The notes under the pieces are model-generated. The model did not search any database. It was given only the letters and a program-made list of their open reading frames with translations, and was not told where the DNA came from. Below are positions 36,134 to 48,690 of a DNA stretch of 64,000 nucleotides, piece after piece. Source of the DNA: Nemertoderma westbladi (taxonomy: Eukaryota; Animalia; Xenacoelomorpha); NCBI GenBank assembly GCA_032718475.1, contig JAUCBJ010000315.1, forward strand, positions 26,858-90,857, read 5' to 3'. The first letter of the stretch is position 1. Each line of letters starts with the position of its first letter. Position numbers and translations under genes: made by a program.

Positions 36134-39100
36134 TTAAGTTGGGGAGTCCCTAGATGTCGGTTGGATTAGGGAAGTGGTCGTGGGAAGAGTTTCTTGCCTT
36201 CCATAGTTTCCGGAGAGCTCTCTGTCTCTTTCCAGTAAACATAAACGTCCCACTGGGCGATTGAGCTGTTGAGTCTCAAAGACTATCCCTGGTTTCTTAA
36301 AGTTCCGCCGCATGACGACGAGCTCTACTGATCGCACCAAACCATCGCTCGAGATATAAGTCTCGATGATACGTCCTGTTTGCCATCGCTTACGTGGGAG
36401 ATCGGGGTCCACAATAAGCACCATGTCTCCAGCGCTGACGTTTTCTTGCTGCGCAAACCACTTAGTTCGAAGTTGTAGAGTGGGCAGGTAATGTTTCTCG
36501 AAATGGTCAGCGAAACGACGGGATAGCAACTGCATAAGTTGCCAGGTTCGACGGCAGTACTCGTCTCCGTCTGTGATCTCCGATTGCGGGAGCATGGCTA
36601 CGGGTTTCTTCAGTAGGAAGTGCGCGGGTGTTAGCGCTTCCAGGGAATCCGGATTTGAAGAGACTGGCATAAGCGGTCTTTCGTTGAGATAGGCGGCGAT
36701 TTCCTCCATTAACGTCCGCAATAGTTCGTCGGTGAGATAAGCGCGACAAGGCACAATAAAGTGGAACGCAGTCTTCACGCTCCTGATCAATCTCTCCCAA
36801 CTTCCTCCCCACCAAGGGGCGTCGGCGGCGTTGAAGGTCCAGCTAGACGCTGTTATCCTTAGCTGATCGTCCACCTGTCTTTTGTTCCAGTCCTTTACGT
36901 AAGCTTGAATTTCGTTGTTGGCGCCAATGAAGTTCGTTCCCTTATCCGATCTCATCGTGTTACTGGTTCCGAAGCGGGCGATCTGTCGTCGTAAACTCAA
37001 CACGAAGCTGTTGGTGGATAGATCGTTTACCATATCGAGATGGATAGCTCTACAAGTCATACAAACGAAGATGACACACCATCTCTTGACTATAGTCCGG
37101 GCACGATATACTTCAATAGGGCCAAATAAATCCACACCGGTATTAGTAAAGGGTGGTTCATAGAAGCTTACTCTTTCCCTAGGTAATTCTGCCTCTCGCT
37201 GTGTTAAAGGCCTACTGAATGCTTTCTTACAGGGTATGCAGTTCCTAAGAACTTGGTTCAGAGCCCTACGGGGTTTATAAAAATAGTAGCGAGTTCGAAT
37301 TTCGCTCAGAACTCGTTCTCTACCAGCATGATACAGTTTGCTATGAACATCCACAATCATCTTGATTTGTATCTCAAGATTTCTAATGAGGATGGGAAAC
37401 TTAGTGTCAAAGGATAATGGGGCGTTGGTTAGCCTACCTCCAACACGTATTAACCCATCTATCATGGTACTAGAGAAGCGATCCCTTAAGCGCATCTGTG
37501 GATTTCTTAACAACAGGAAATACTTATCGGAATCCTCATAGCATTGTAGGAGTCTCAGCATCTGTTTGTTGGTTTCATCATGCTCCTGGTAGCTGATCTT
37601 CTCCTTTAGAAACCTGTGGGGTACCTTATATTGGGGAAGATCTTTAACAACATGGACTCGTGCAGATGTTGATGGAGCATCATCACTATTGGTCTTTGTT
37701 CCGGAGTAACGATGATGAAAACATCGTTTCAAATAGGTGACGGCCTTACAGAGCCGATTCCAGGAACTGTAGTGACGTATGGCTCTCTGCAAGAGAGGTG
37801 AGAGTCCTTGCGAGATATCTGGTATTCCAGATTTCCAATCCTTGTCACGGATTTCCAAGACTTCTTTCGTCGTGGCGGTGGGTTTCTGATCCAAAGCATC
37901 ATCTCCGGAAGTAAATAATACAGATAGATCAACCGCAGGTTTAAACAACTTCGATTTACTCGCTCGAGTTTTGGGTTTAACTTTCTCCGCTCCCTTGGCC
38001 TGTCTGATCTCTGCAGTTGTGAGATGGGGTGGCCATTCTTCTTCTTCTCGGTAGAGAAAGTCGGGTCCACCTAACCATTCGGGAGTATTTACCAATTCCT
38101 TTGGAGTCGCTCCTCGGGACGCGATGTCCGCTGGATTAATCGTTCCGGGGCAATGTCTCCATTGGTCCATCGTCGTGCGACTAAGTATGATGGCTACTCT
38201 GTTGGTAACGAAGACGCTGAACTGACAGACTTCATTGGTTATATACTCTAACACGAGTAAAGCGTCGGTCCAATAGACAGTTTTCTCTAACGTATAGTCA
38301 ATCTGTTCGGTTACATTCCGGCCGATGGCTGTAGCGTATAGAGCCGCTTTTAACTCCGCTCGAGGAACTTTCAACTTGTTGTTGATTAATGCCTTAGAAG
38401 TAACCAAAGCGACTTTGATTCCATCCGGAGTTTCCACTCTTAGGTAGGCTACTATACCGATTCCCATATCGCTGGCGTCTCCAAACACATGGAGTTGATA
38501 GGAATACGTAGGGAGAACATGACCAAAATATGAACGGGAAATTATAAACTCCTCGATAGCCGGTAGAGAATCTTCCCATTTCATCCACTGCTTCAGTAAT
38601 TCCCCCTTAAGTGGATCGTCCCATGAGTGGTTTTCAAGCCACATTTGTTGTACCAAACTTCGAGCAATCAATATAACTGGGCTAATAAATCCCAATGGAT
38701 CGAAATAAGTGCTCAGTATACTTAAGCAAATCCGTTTGGTTCGAACAGGATTATCTCGCTGTTTTAGTTGGAAAAACAGGATATCTCTCTCTGTGTCCCA
38801 TTTCAAGCCGAGTGTCTTGGTTTCTGGCAGATCATCTTTGATCAAATCGAGATCTTTCGCTCCGCGATCTTCCGCAGGGATCGACTCCAGAAACTCACGG
38901 GAGTTGCTGGTGAATTTGGTTAATCGAAATCCACCTCTTTTTAAGCACTCTACCGTTCCCTTAGCGACCTCAATGGCTTCCTCAACTGATGGGAGGGACT
39001 TCAGATTGTCGTCCATGTATATGTCTTTCTTGATGTTGTCGATTACTTCCTTAGAGAATGCCTCTCGATTGTCCTCTGCAGTAGTACGCACTACCGAACA

Positions 39101-41805
39101 GGCGTTGGAAGGGCTTGAGATTATCCCAAAGGCCTGGATGGTCATCCAGTACTCCACCGGTTTCTGGTTGAGGTCTCCTTCGGGCCACCATAGAAATCGT
39201 AGGCTATCTCGATCCCTATCCAACACTTTGACTTGCAAGAACATGCCTTCTATATCGGAGGCGAAAGCAATCGAATATTGTCTCAATCTTAAAAGAATTC
39301 CCAACAAAGATTGAAGCAAGTTGGGTCCGGGTAACAATTCAGAGTTAAGGGATTGACCCATGTAAAGAGCGGAGCCATCAAACACTACTCTCACTTCATT
39401 TGGTTTACCGGGTTTAGGAACGTAATGGTGAGTTAAATAATACGTTCTTTCAGTCACAGGTGTTTCTTCCGGTACCCTCTCCGCGTATCCCTTATTAATA
39501 AATTTTTCCAGCTGTGTTTGATACATTGCTTTAGCTGATGAATTAGCCGTAAGGCGTCGATGGAGTTGCGCGATTCTTTTTTCCGCCAAAGGTCTGTTAT
39601 TGATGAACTTCGGTTCTTTCTTGCGGAAAGGTAAACCGACTTCATACCTACCTTGATCTTTGAGGAAACATGTAGTTGTCTCTTGGATCTGCTTGGCCCT
39701 TTCCTCTTCCACCGACAAGGCTTTATCGTAGGAATTGGGCTCTACCGCCTCTTGCGTAAAGAATCGTACAGCATGTTCATCCCGAATCTTGGCATTATGA
39801 CGCTCAATGACGTCATTTAACTCGTCGTTATAAGCTTCTCGTTCAGATGGATAGAGAAGTTGACATAAGTTCACTTGGTTTTGCCAAGCCTCGTTTTCCT
39901 TAAGGAGATCGATGGTATTCTCCTCATCAAAAAGCTGGTGAACATCGTCGTTATCTGAGGAGTATGGAATTCCCTCAGTTGAGTTGTCTCCCTCACTGGT
40001 ATCATCTTCCCATTCACTCACCTGGCATACGCTCTCTTGCGGTAGTCTTTCTCTGAGTGTTCTACGGGAAGGGCCAGTAAAGTACCAACCTACTCTAGTT
40101 CTTACCGCATAGGTCTGTAGTGGCTGCGGTTGAGCAGGCCGTTTCTCTAATGTCTCCAGCGCCTCATGCGCGTTTTGGCCGATGAGTATTTGCACTCCAG
40201 GATAATCAGTCTGGAATCGAGGTATGTTAAGATGTTGGATGCTCTCATCCTCGTCCCAATTATAAAGGTCTGCTTGAGTAGTAGCGAAGTTCTTTATAGC
40301 CACCATTTTCACTGACCTTATGCTGTGTTCTCCTAGTTCGTCTTGTGGGGTGGACAACGCGCCTACATAATAATCAGCTGTTATTGTAGATTTCCAAACT
40401 TGCATTATGCCAGACATGTTGAGCTTAGTTTGGAACTTGAGTTGTCCAGCAAATATATCTTCGGCTAGCTCTTTATCGATGAATGTTCCTGTGCTGCCGG
40501 AGTCCAGGAGGGCGTTCACTACATAACTCCTCTTAGGTCCGTGAACCCTTACTTGCACCACAGGAAACTCTCGGATCCCTACATTGGAAGATGTCTCTTT
40601 CCAAGGTGGTTGTCGTTCAGAAGTAGTTACAGTAAAGTCGTTCTCTGGATCCTTTTCATATGTGAGTGCTCGATACACTGCGGTATTTATCATGTAACAG
40701 GATTCGTTTTCGTCGGAGAACTCGTCTGTATAGAATCCTTCCATCTCAGATTGATCAGTGTCGTTCACATCACTGAATTGGACATGTAGCTCGGAATCAC
40801 TTACCTGATTCGGACTATTTCGATCGAATTCAGCGTGCAACAAGATATGATGTTTCGCACCACACTTTGCACACCTTATGTCAGAGAAACAGGTTCGCCG
40901 TTGGTGTCCTTGTCTGAGGCAATTATAACATAACCGCTTATCCCACATGACTTCGCGTCTCTCTGTTAATGATTTCTTTAGAAATTCATCACATCTATTC
41001 AAATGGTGAATCCCGTCGCACAGCGCACATTTTGGTTTGATGTTACTTACCTTATTTTGAGTCACATTGTGTACACTTGCCCTTTCTTCGGGTTTTCTCA
41101 CCTGAATTCTCTTGGGAGACGTGGGAGGAGTTTTTCTTACCTGTTCCCTCCTGTCATTTGTTCGAGACTTAAATTTACTTACCTGATCTTTAGGCATTTT
41201 GTTCACGTAATAAGATCTATCCGTGTCTTTCCCGCTATCTTCTCCTTGAGAAGTCTGGCTTTCGCCGTCATCGGTATAACATACTGGTGTTACCTTTCTC
41301 CTAGAGACGGGTTTTTCACTTACCTTGTTTTCCGGTGTCTTCTCTCGGGACTGCTTGAGGAGTTGCAATTTCACTTCTCCATCCAAGAATGACATGAGAT
41401 CAGCCATGGTAGGGTCTCGTCGTTGTTGTTCCATCATATAAAGTACTTTCTTATCCCAGCGTGTGCCTACCCCACCTTTCGGTAAAGTAGAAGCCACAGC
41501 TCCAATGACCATAGAACTTTGGTATTCATGAGACTTACCTAACCAATCTAATTGTCTACAGATCTCTTGAATCTCATCGGAAAACTCTATTATCCCACTG
41601 CTGATGAACTTTCTGGGCGCTACTAATTTTGCATATAAATATTTAGCGATATTATTCCTATTACCATACCTGATGTTTAGTATATCCCAAACTTGTCTTA
41701 ATCCGTCTGGATGGCCAATAAACTTTAACGCCATTAACTTGGGAGATCCTTCCAAGCACTCGATGAGGTATCTAAGTTTTTCTCCATTAGATAGTTCTGT
41801 ATGTT
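36134..41805 (-). CDS. BEL/Pao gag C-terminus plus pol (Zn knuckles, aspartic protease, RT, RNase H, integrase)
   Basis: CALCDGIHHLNRC, CYNCLRQGHQRRTC, CAKCGAKHHILLH; LLDSGS; RVVFDGS; YMDD; LHVFGDAS; GVDLFGP; RSDKGTNF; GGSWERLIRSVK. The frame is open upstream of the listed ORF start (TELSNGEKLRYLIECLEG). Confidence 0.95.
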
Positions 41806-44229
41806 ATCTTTGTAATATTCATTAAAAGGTAACCATTTCATCTCATCTCCATTGAACTTGACGATCTCTCCAACCTTTACCGCTTGCCGGGCTTCGGTTC
41901 TAGCCATTTGACGCGTAAAACTTTCTTGGGCCATTGTGCTATTTAATATCGAGTTATCGGTATATAAATTTCTCTGATTATGATCAGTTCTATAGGGAAT
42001 ATCATTATCAACAGGTCTATAATTACCCTTAATAGGGTTCACTATAGGAGTTTCTACTTCGCTAGCAGTATATATGCGTGTAGGCTCCACACCTTGCGCA
42101 TGCAATACTTCAGACCTAACAGGTTGACACATTGTTACAGAGGGTGGTGGTATACCCTTTTGGGTATTTACTAATTTATCGCGTTCTAGCGCGATACTTT
42201 GCTGCACTTCTTGCAACTCTAGCCTACTTTCCCTTACTGTGCCCTTGAATTGCTGGACAGTCTCCTGCATCTGCCCGAGCAGGATATCCATCCCCCGCCG
42301 TCCCCTGTCCACCCATTCGACCGCCGAAGCGGGAGTCGCCAACGTTGTAGCGGGCGGACGAGGGACAACGGGCGACAAATTATGAATATTTCGCTCGGGG
42401 TCCAGGACCTGAACTGTCGCCTGGGCAGTTCTACTGGGCACAGGTAGCTTAGTGCTATGTAGAGGGAATTTAGAAGTAGCTTCAGGGAGCACAGGTGTGT
42501 CTATCACCGAAGGGGTGATTTCAAGAACAGGCCTAATTATTTCAGGCTCATCTACTATAGTAGGGAGTCTTTCTATTGTAATTATTTGGTCTGTGGGCTC
42601 TGTACTACCTAAGTTGGTGTTATTTAGTTGCCTTCTAACAGCTGGAGGCAAATCAGGCAATTTCTGCCGGTGGAATGTTCTTTTACGTCTGCTTAGGCGA
42701 GATCGATTTCTTCCGCCTTCAGTGTCGGTGGTATCGCCTTCCTCAGATGAGGTATACCCTTGTCTTTTGGGAGTAGATCGACTCATCATCTGCATATTAC
42801 TAGCTGCTAACTGTTTACTGAAGTCGTCTTGCTTCTCTTGAAGATTTTCCAACTCCAGTTGGATGATCTCTTCAGCCGCTTTTCGTTCTACTTCCGCCAC
42901 TGCTGCCGCTTTTGCCTCTGCTGCTGCCGCTTTTGCCTCTGCCGCTGCCGCTTTTCGTTCTGCTTCCGCCACTGCTGCCGCTTTTGCCTCTGCCGCTGCC
43001 GCTTTTGCCTCTGCCGCTGCCGCTTTTCTTTCTGCCTCTGCCACTGCTGCTATCTTTCTGTCTTCTATACGCTTTTTCCTTACTTGTTCTTCCCTTTCTC
43101 TAGCGATGCGGAGTTGTTCATCGAATTTAGCTTGGTTCGCCGCTAACCTATCCACATCAATCGCATCTAACACAAGTTTGGCTCCTTCGCTATTAGGGCT
43201 AAGTCCCTCTAGCCTTCTCCTCAACTCTTCATCTCCCACAAAACGCTGATAGTCTGACAGATAGATATCAATGGCATCCTTCTTATGCGGTTTCTCTGCC
43301 GTCGCTTCACTTTCCACTTGGGAAAAAGTAGCGTCTGTTGATTCTCCATGGGTTGAGCGCTCCTCCAACTGAGCCTTCCACTGAGCTGCTCCTTGAACCT
43401 GGCGACTCACCCGTTGAAACCAAGTCTTTACGGCAACTTGCAACGACGTGTCTTGCCTTCTTTTAGAAGCCTCCTCAAAGGCGGATAAGATTAGCCTAAT
43501 CCGCAGAACTCTTTCTCTAACTTGATAAAGCAGCGATCCCTGCTCTTGAGGTCCTTGAGGTTGTTGAAAAATTTGCTTTTCTATTCGCTCCATAGAGCTG
43601 AAGAATCCCTGTGCGTATCCGGCTGCGGACCTCTTCCACACAGCTGGATCGATGGTTTCCTTGGCTACTCCCATCCGGTGTATGTCTTCCCAGGCAGCTT
43701 CTGATAAATCAAACGGGAGTCCGGGTCCGGGGAAGTTCCATTGCGACTCGACAATAGACTTCAGTTCTTCACTAGTGTAGCCCGCGTAGCTATCTCTAGT
43801 TGACCGTTGACTTCTCGCCCAATCGATCTGGTGTTCTTCTACCGCGATCAATAACCCAGCGAGCACGGCTGCAGGAAGGATGAGAAGGGGATCCGTATAA
43901 ACCGCATCCGTCATCTCTGCTCCGCTCTCGGGTGTCAGCTCTACAGTATCCTCACTACTGGAGCTGCTGGGCCGCTGAGGAATAAGTTCTTGACTAGCGG
44001 GTTGTTGCTGTTCCGCTGCTTGTTGGTCCCGCTTGACCTGAGCTCGAGTGCCTATGATAGACCTACGATGTTGGACTAGCCTAGGTTCTGTTATTACTAC
44101 TGGAGGGATGACCTTCCTCACAGTGGGAGGTGAACTGGATTTACGACCAGACGTTTGTACGTCTCTATCTGAGTCGCAGATAGTGACATCTAATAAACTG
44201 TCTGACAGGTTCTGCTTAGTATCAGACAT
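41734..44229 (-). CDS. BEL/Pao gag N-terminal part (coiled coil, Ala/Glu/Lys repeat), out of frame with the downstream ORF
   Basis: 831-aa ORF ending in the start of the Pao gag domain (FNGDEMKWLPF); homologous to the ORF starting at 62773. Confidence 0.88.
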   Translation of the reverse strand: MSDTKQNLSDSLLDVTICDSDRDVQTSGRKSSSPPTVRKVIPPVVITEPRLVQHRRSIIGTRAQVKRDQQAAEQQQPASQELIPQRPSSSSSEDTVELTPESGAEMTDAVYTDPLLILPAAVLAGLLIAVEEHQIDWARSQRSTRDSYAGYTSEELKSIVESQWNFPGPGLPFDLSEAAWEDIHRMGVAKETIDPAVWKRSAAGYAQGFFSSMERIEKQIFQQPQGPQEQGSLLYQVRERVLRIRLILSAFEEASKRRQDTSLQVAVKTWFQRVSRQVQGAAQWKAQLEERSTHGESTDATFSQVESEATAEKPHKKDAIDIYLSDYQRFVGDEELRRRLEGLSPNSEGAKLVLDAIDVDRLAANQAKFDEQLRIAREREEQVRKKRIEDRKIAAVAEAERKAAAAEAKAAAAEAKAAAVAEAERKAAAAEAKAAAAEAKAAAVAEVERKAAEEIIQLELENLQEKQDDFSKQLAASNMQMMSRSTPKRQGYTSSEEGDTTDTEGGRNRSRLSRRKRTFHRQKLPDLPPAVRRQLNNTNLGSTEPTDQIITIERLPTIVDEPEIIRPVLEITPSVIDTPVLPEATSKFPLHSTKLPVPSRTAQATVQVLDPERNIHNLSPVVPRPPATTLATPASAVEWVDRGRRGMDILLGQMQETVQQFKGTVRESRLELQEVQQSIALERDKLVNTQKGIPPPSVTMCQPVRSEVLHAQGVEPTRIYTASEVETPIVNPIKGNYRPVDNDIPYRTDHNQRNLYTDNSILNSTMAQESFTRQMARTEARQAVKVGEIVKFNGDEMKWLPFNEYYKDNIQNYLMEKNLDTSSSAWKDLPS

Positions 44230-46371
44230 GACTATGTATACCGTTGAATGTCTACTGCTGTATTACAGTCTGAGTAAGTCTAGTAACTCAGTATTACCTG
44301 CTAGCCTAGTAATTAATTACCGGTACTGCTACTCAGTGTAGCGTGATATATAATATATTAGAATACCGGTATGCTTATAGTATATATAACTATTATTACA
44401 GACTAGGTTTATCACAGAATACCGGTATAATTTTAGCACAAATATATATAAATATATAATAGGCCTATCGGAATACCGGTATACAGCTTACAATTTATAG
44501 TATATATAATTCTGGACTAGAATTAATTACAAGTACCGGTATAATTTCAGCCTAATATTTATAGAAATAAAGATAATAGGCCTATCGTAAATACCGGTAT
44601 ATCAATTATTATAAATAATTGAATTTCTGTATTTTAGGGTTACTTGGTTACTTACTTACTTTATTACCGTTATTTGAGCAGTAGTCCAACTGATATTGAG
44701 ACCTAATTGTTATATGGTAGGCCTACTATTTATAAATCGTTAGATTTGATTTATAATATATATATACCCGTTTTAATGGGTTTTGTCAATGTTTGAAATA
44801 AATGTTATTATTTCTGGGGAGTAATCACTACACAAAGCGGTGCGCTTTCAGTGAAGTGTTACGTACAGGACACTAAAACAAATAATACTAATTTACCTAA
44901 GTTACTTAATACTACAAATTACGTACAATTCGGGTTGAGATTACAATCTCTAAATAAACACAAAAATTTACAAAAACAAATACGAATTTTTAGGGTAATT
45001 TTACAAGAAGGCTACAAACCAGCCTAACAAAGGGTTAGAAAACCGGTTATTACAGCGGACAGGGTACTACGGTATTTGAAATAATAAGTAGTAGTAAATA
45101 CACTGCGTTGTCTAGATAGGAAAATACCACCGCCTGACGACCTATAGCCGTATCGCTATAGGTTCTACGTTATGTATCACGGAGTGTTCCTACCTAGAAG
45201 TTAATAGAGCTAATCGAATGTGCCTATCAACCACTTTACAACACAAATATAATGCCTACAATAATTACTTCGGAAAGTACTATACACTAAACCCTAAATT
45301 AGGTACGAGTACTTGTATAACAAATAATCAGTAGTTAAATATACTTGAACAGCTAAAAGAACCACGGCATCTGCTGGAGTGACCGATGCACAAAATCACC
45401 AGTCTTTACCTACGCCGAGCAGCCCGTGTAGTACCGAGGTTAATTTAACTATAGCGGTATGTATAACAAACACAATTACTGTAGGAACAAACTTGGGGAC
45501 TGAATGTTGCGGATAATCGCATAAACTCTGAATAATAAATATTACGCTACGCGTACAAACTACTCAAACAAAATACAGACCGAACACTGACAGACTACTA
45601 TCAAGCCTAAACAAACTACGGTATATGCAGACTCCGAAATGATTAGGGAGTATGCGCTCTAACCCAGTAGTGCGACTTATTCTTTAGTCGGGGGTTTACC
45701 TTACAGCGTTCGCTGCCCCTACTGCCTAATCGTACTTAATCGGACAGATGATCTACACACGCGGCAATCCGTTCAGACCTAATAACAGCCAGACAACTAT
45801 CCAGCCTACAAATTATCTAAATAAAATTATACGCTACCCGTACAGACTTACACAAACAAAGTACAGACTAAACGATGGCAGACTACTCTCAAGCCTAAAT
45901 AAACTACAGGACATGCAGACTCCGAAATGATTAGGGAGTATGCGCTCTAACCCAGTAGTGCGACTTATTCTTTAGTTGGGGGTTTACCTTACAGCGTTGC
46001 TGCCCCTACTTCCTAACCGTACTTAATCGGACAAGTGCTCTACACACACTGCAATTCGTTCGGACTTAACAGCAATCAGACAACAGCTCAGCCTACAAAT
46101 TGTCTGTACAATCTGATCAGGTTTACACGCCTTCTGTTCAATACTGGCCTACAAATAAATAAAACTGACAGAAATAGGCCTAAGTAAAATCCCAATAAAA
46201 ACCAGGCGTCCCCGATTAATTATTAAGACCTACCGGCATATATAATCAAATCGAATAATACTGCTGTACTTATACGGAAGTAGGTACCGGTCCGGATGAT
46301 CAGGCAGTCAGGCCTACTGGTTACCGGTCGACCGGTACTTTCGACTTTATTGCTTACTGCAATAAAGAAGC

Positions 46372-46383
46372 TATATCCTTTAA
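46372..46383 (-). other. Non-tRNA primer-binding site, complementary to LTR positions 47132-47143
   Basis: Sense strand TTAAAGGATATA abuts the 5' LTR end, has no TGG, and is the exact complement of TATATCCTTTAA in the LTR. Confidence 0.8.
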
Positions 46384-47610
46384 TGTTCGCGCTTTCAGAC
46401 CTTTGGCAGTTTAACCCACCAAATTAAGATGTCTTCTAGATATTAAATCTGTTTTTTAGTCTATGACAAGTATTTGATTCACTACACTAGTCGAAACCAA
46501 TCCGTGCGCGACCATTCACCCGCTGGATATTCCCGGGAGATTGGGTTCGACGGTTTAATTTTTATTGCTATGTAAGCCTAATGTATTATTCGACTGACAG
46601 TATTATATAATCTCTGACAATATTATTCACCTTCGGTAATATTAACAGTTCCTTTAGGACGTGGCGCTTTATCTATATAAACAGAGTTATGACTTAAACT
46701 ACTCACAACGATATGGCTTAATTATAATTCACATATATGGCGCATTCTTTAGGAATTGCTTCTTTAACAGACTCACTCATACACTATGCTGCACAATACT
46801 GCACACTAATCTGCCAATCTTCACTGATTTTAGTCACATATAAAAGGAACACAGGCTGACTCATGTAGGGTCTATCAAATAACATTAGATTCACTTCAAA
46901 CCACTTTAACATAAGTCACAATCGTTATTGGTAACCTTTCTCTCTTACCTTCGGTATATCAAGAATATTGGGTTGCGGGGTTATTTATCGTTATTCCAAA
47001 TATAATAATTCATCAACCATATTATGAAGAACTGACAGTAAATAGCAGTAAACACAACAACTGAACAGTTAGGTAGATCGGTACATCAGTACCGGTATGT
47101 CAGCAGTGAGATATTTACAGAGATATTCAAGTTAAAGGATATATGCCCTTTATAATTAAACCTACTAGTGTAAGACTAAAAAGCAGTACAGCACAAAAAA
47201 CTTCCAAGCCGTTCTTTCTTTGGCTCAAGACTGAATGTAAACACTGCACATAGGCATTGCGTCATTTCTCGGAAATTTTCTGTACAAGGAGCCACAAAAA
47301 CGCTCTCATTGGCTGACTGAACTGAGAGACGCCGTAGAACAAAGGAAATCAACACGTATGAATGTCAGCTGTTAACCGTAGTCATAGTAACTACTGTTCA
47401 AGAGTAGCTATCACCCCTTTGCGTCACGAATTGCCATAGAATCATAAAATATGCCTTTCACAGTACACATACGGAGGAAATAGGTCTTAGATCCTCTAAA
47501 AACACCGATACAGCAATAATACGGTCTCTTACACTTATTAAATCAACTACAGAGTATTTTAATGTAAAAGATAATAAAAATAACGGGGCAATTCAGCAAA
47601 GGCTTTTACA
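46384..47610 (-). repeat. 5' LTR
   Basis: Direct repeat of 32107-33333; CCAAT (~47310) and TGACGCAA (~47280) on the sense strand. Confidence 0.97.
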
Positions 47611-48504
47611 AACAGATAAATATATATTAGCCTGCTGCATTGCAGCTGCACAATGAGATTCTATCATGATGGCTAACAAAAATATTTGTACCACCACCAA
47701 GCAATCTACAATTGGCTTCCTGTAATGCTGCGTGCATTAACAATGCATCAAGATAAAATTGCACCTTCACAACTCCAGATCTTACTTTTTCGATCACCGA
47801 AAATAAAAGACATATCGCCGACAAACGAAAAACAACATTTTCTATTTGAGCAATCTACTAAATATTAAAGTTATAAAATGATGTCGCCATAATTTTTTAT
47901 GTTTTTTATACATCGTTTAAAGCGCTGTAAAATATAGTCACACAAAAGAAAGAAGGACGACAGAAAAAGGCCAACCCCTTTCGGAGTGAATGTTGAATCG
48001 AACAAAGGTTTACATAAAGGTGGCATTGGGCCAAATCATAATTGTTCGTTGGAGCAAAATTATTTGTTAGTCGAAATAATATCTGGGGCCGTTTAAACAG
48101 CAGTAAAGATAGGAAAATTCAAACTCATTAAACCTAAACAAACTACATAATAGTGGCTGACATTGTACCGGTAGTTTGGTAGGGGCTGTCTGCCGACACA
48201 CAACAGGACGTCGCCCCATTGACTGACCCTATAGATAGGCCTAAAGGCTAATTTGTGTTAGGTTAGGCTAGCAGTTTACTTGAAGGGGAAAAGGTTGAGT
48301 GTGTTAACCACCCCGATATATTTTATGCTTCATTTTCTCGGGTTAAACTTACGTGGGAAAAATACGTTTGATATTTTTTAAAACTGTGTCAACGGCCGGC
48401 CAGTACGTGTATGCAATTCTGTGTTTCGTTGCCATTAAATCACACAAAATTTAAACATTTCTTATCTTTAAGTTATCTTGAAATTAATATGTGACAAAAT
48501 GTGA

Positions 48505-48690
48505 TGCGGCTTGGTCTAGTGGTAACATTCCTGGTGTTCCAGTCCTTAGGTCCTGATTCGATCCCTAGATGCGGCAACACATCGTTGGTACATGGATTCT
48601 ATTAATGCAGCGTAGCCCAACACAGACCTTAATCCATTACTGTATCGATAAATGGGAACCAAGGCAACTTGGGAAACAGTGTGGAAGGAA
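48505..48690 (+). mobile_element. tRNA-derived SINE (paralog of 10878 copy)
   Basis: TGGTCTAGTGG A box, GATTCGATCC B box, shared body. Confidence 0.7.

Larger units (their letters stand above)
32107..47610 (-). mobile_element. Full-length BEL/Pao LTR retrotransposon (15.5 kb)
   Basis: 1227-bp TG...CA LTRs; 5-bp TSD AACAG at 32102-32106 and 47611-47615; short PPT GGGAGCGG next to the 3' LTR; gag with three Zn knuckles followed by PR-RT-RH-IN. Confidence 0.97.

Noticed and set aside
41770-41810. Programmed gag-pol ribosomal frameshift
   Set aside because: The break is inside the conserved gag domain, upstream of the Zn knuckles, with no convincing slippery heptamer; a deletion is more likely.
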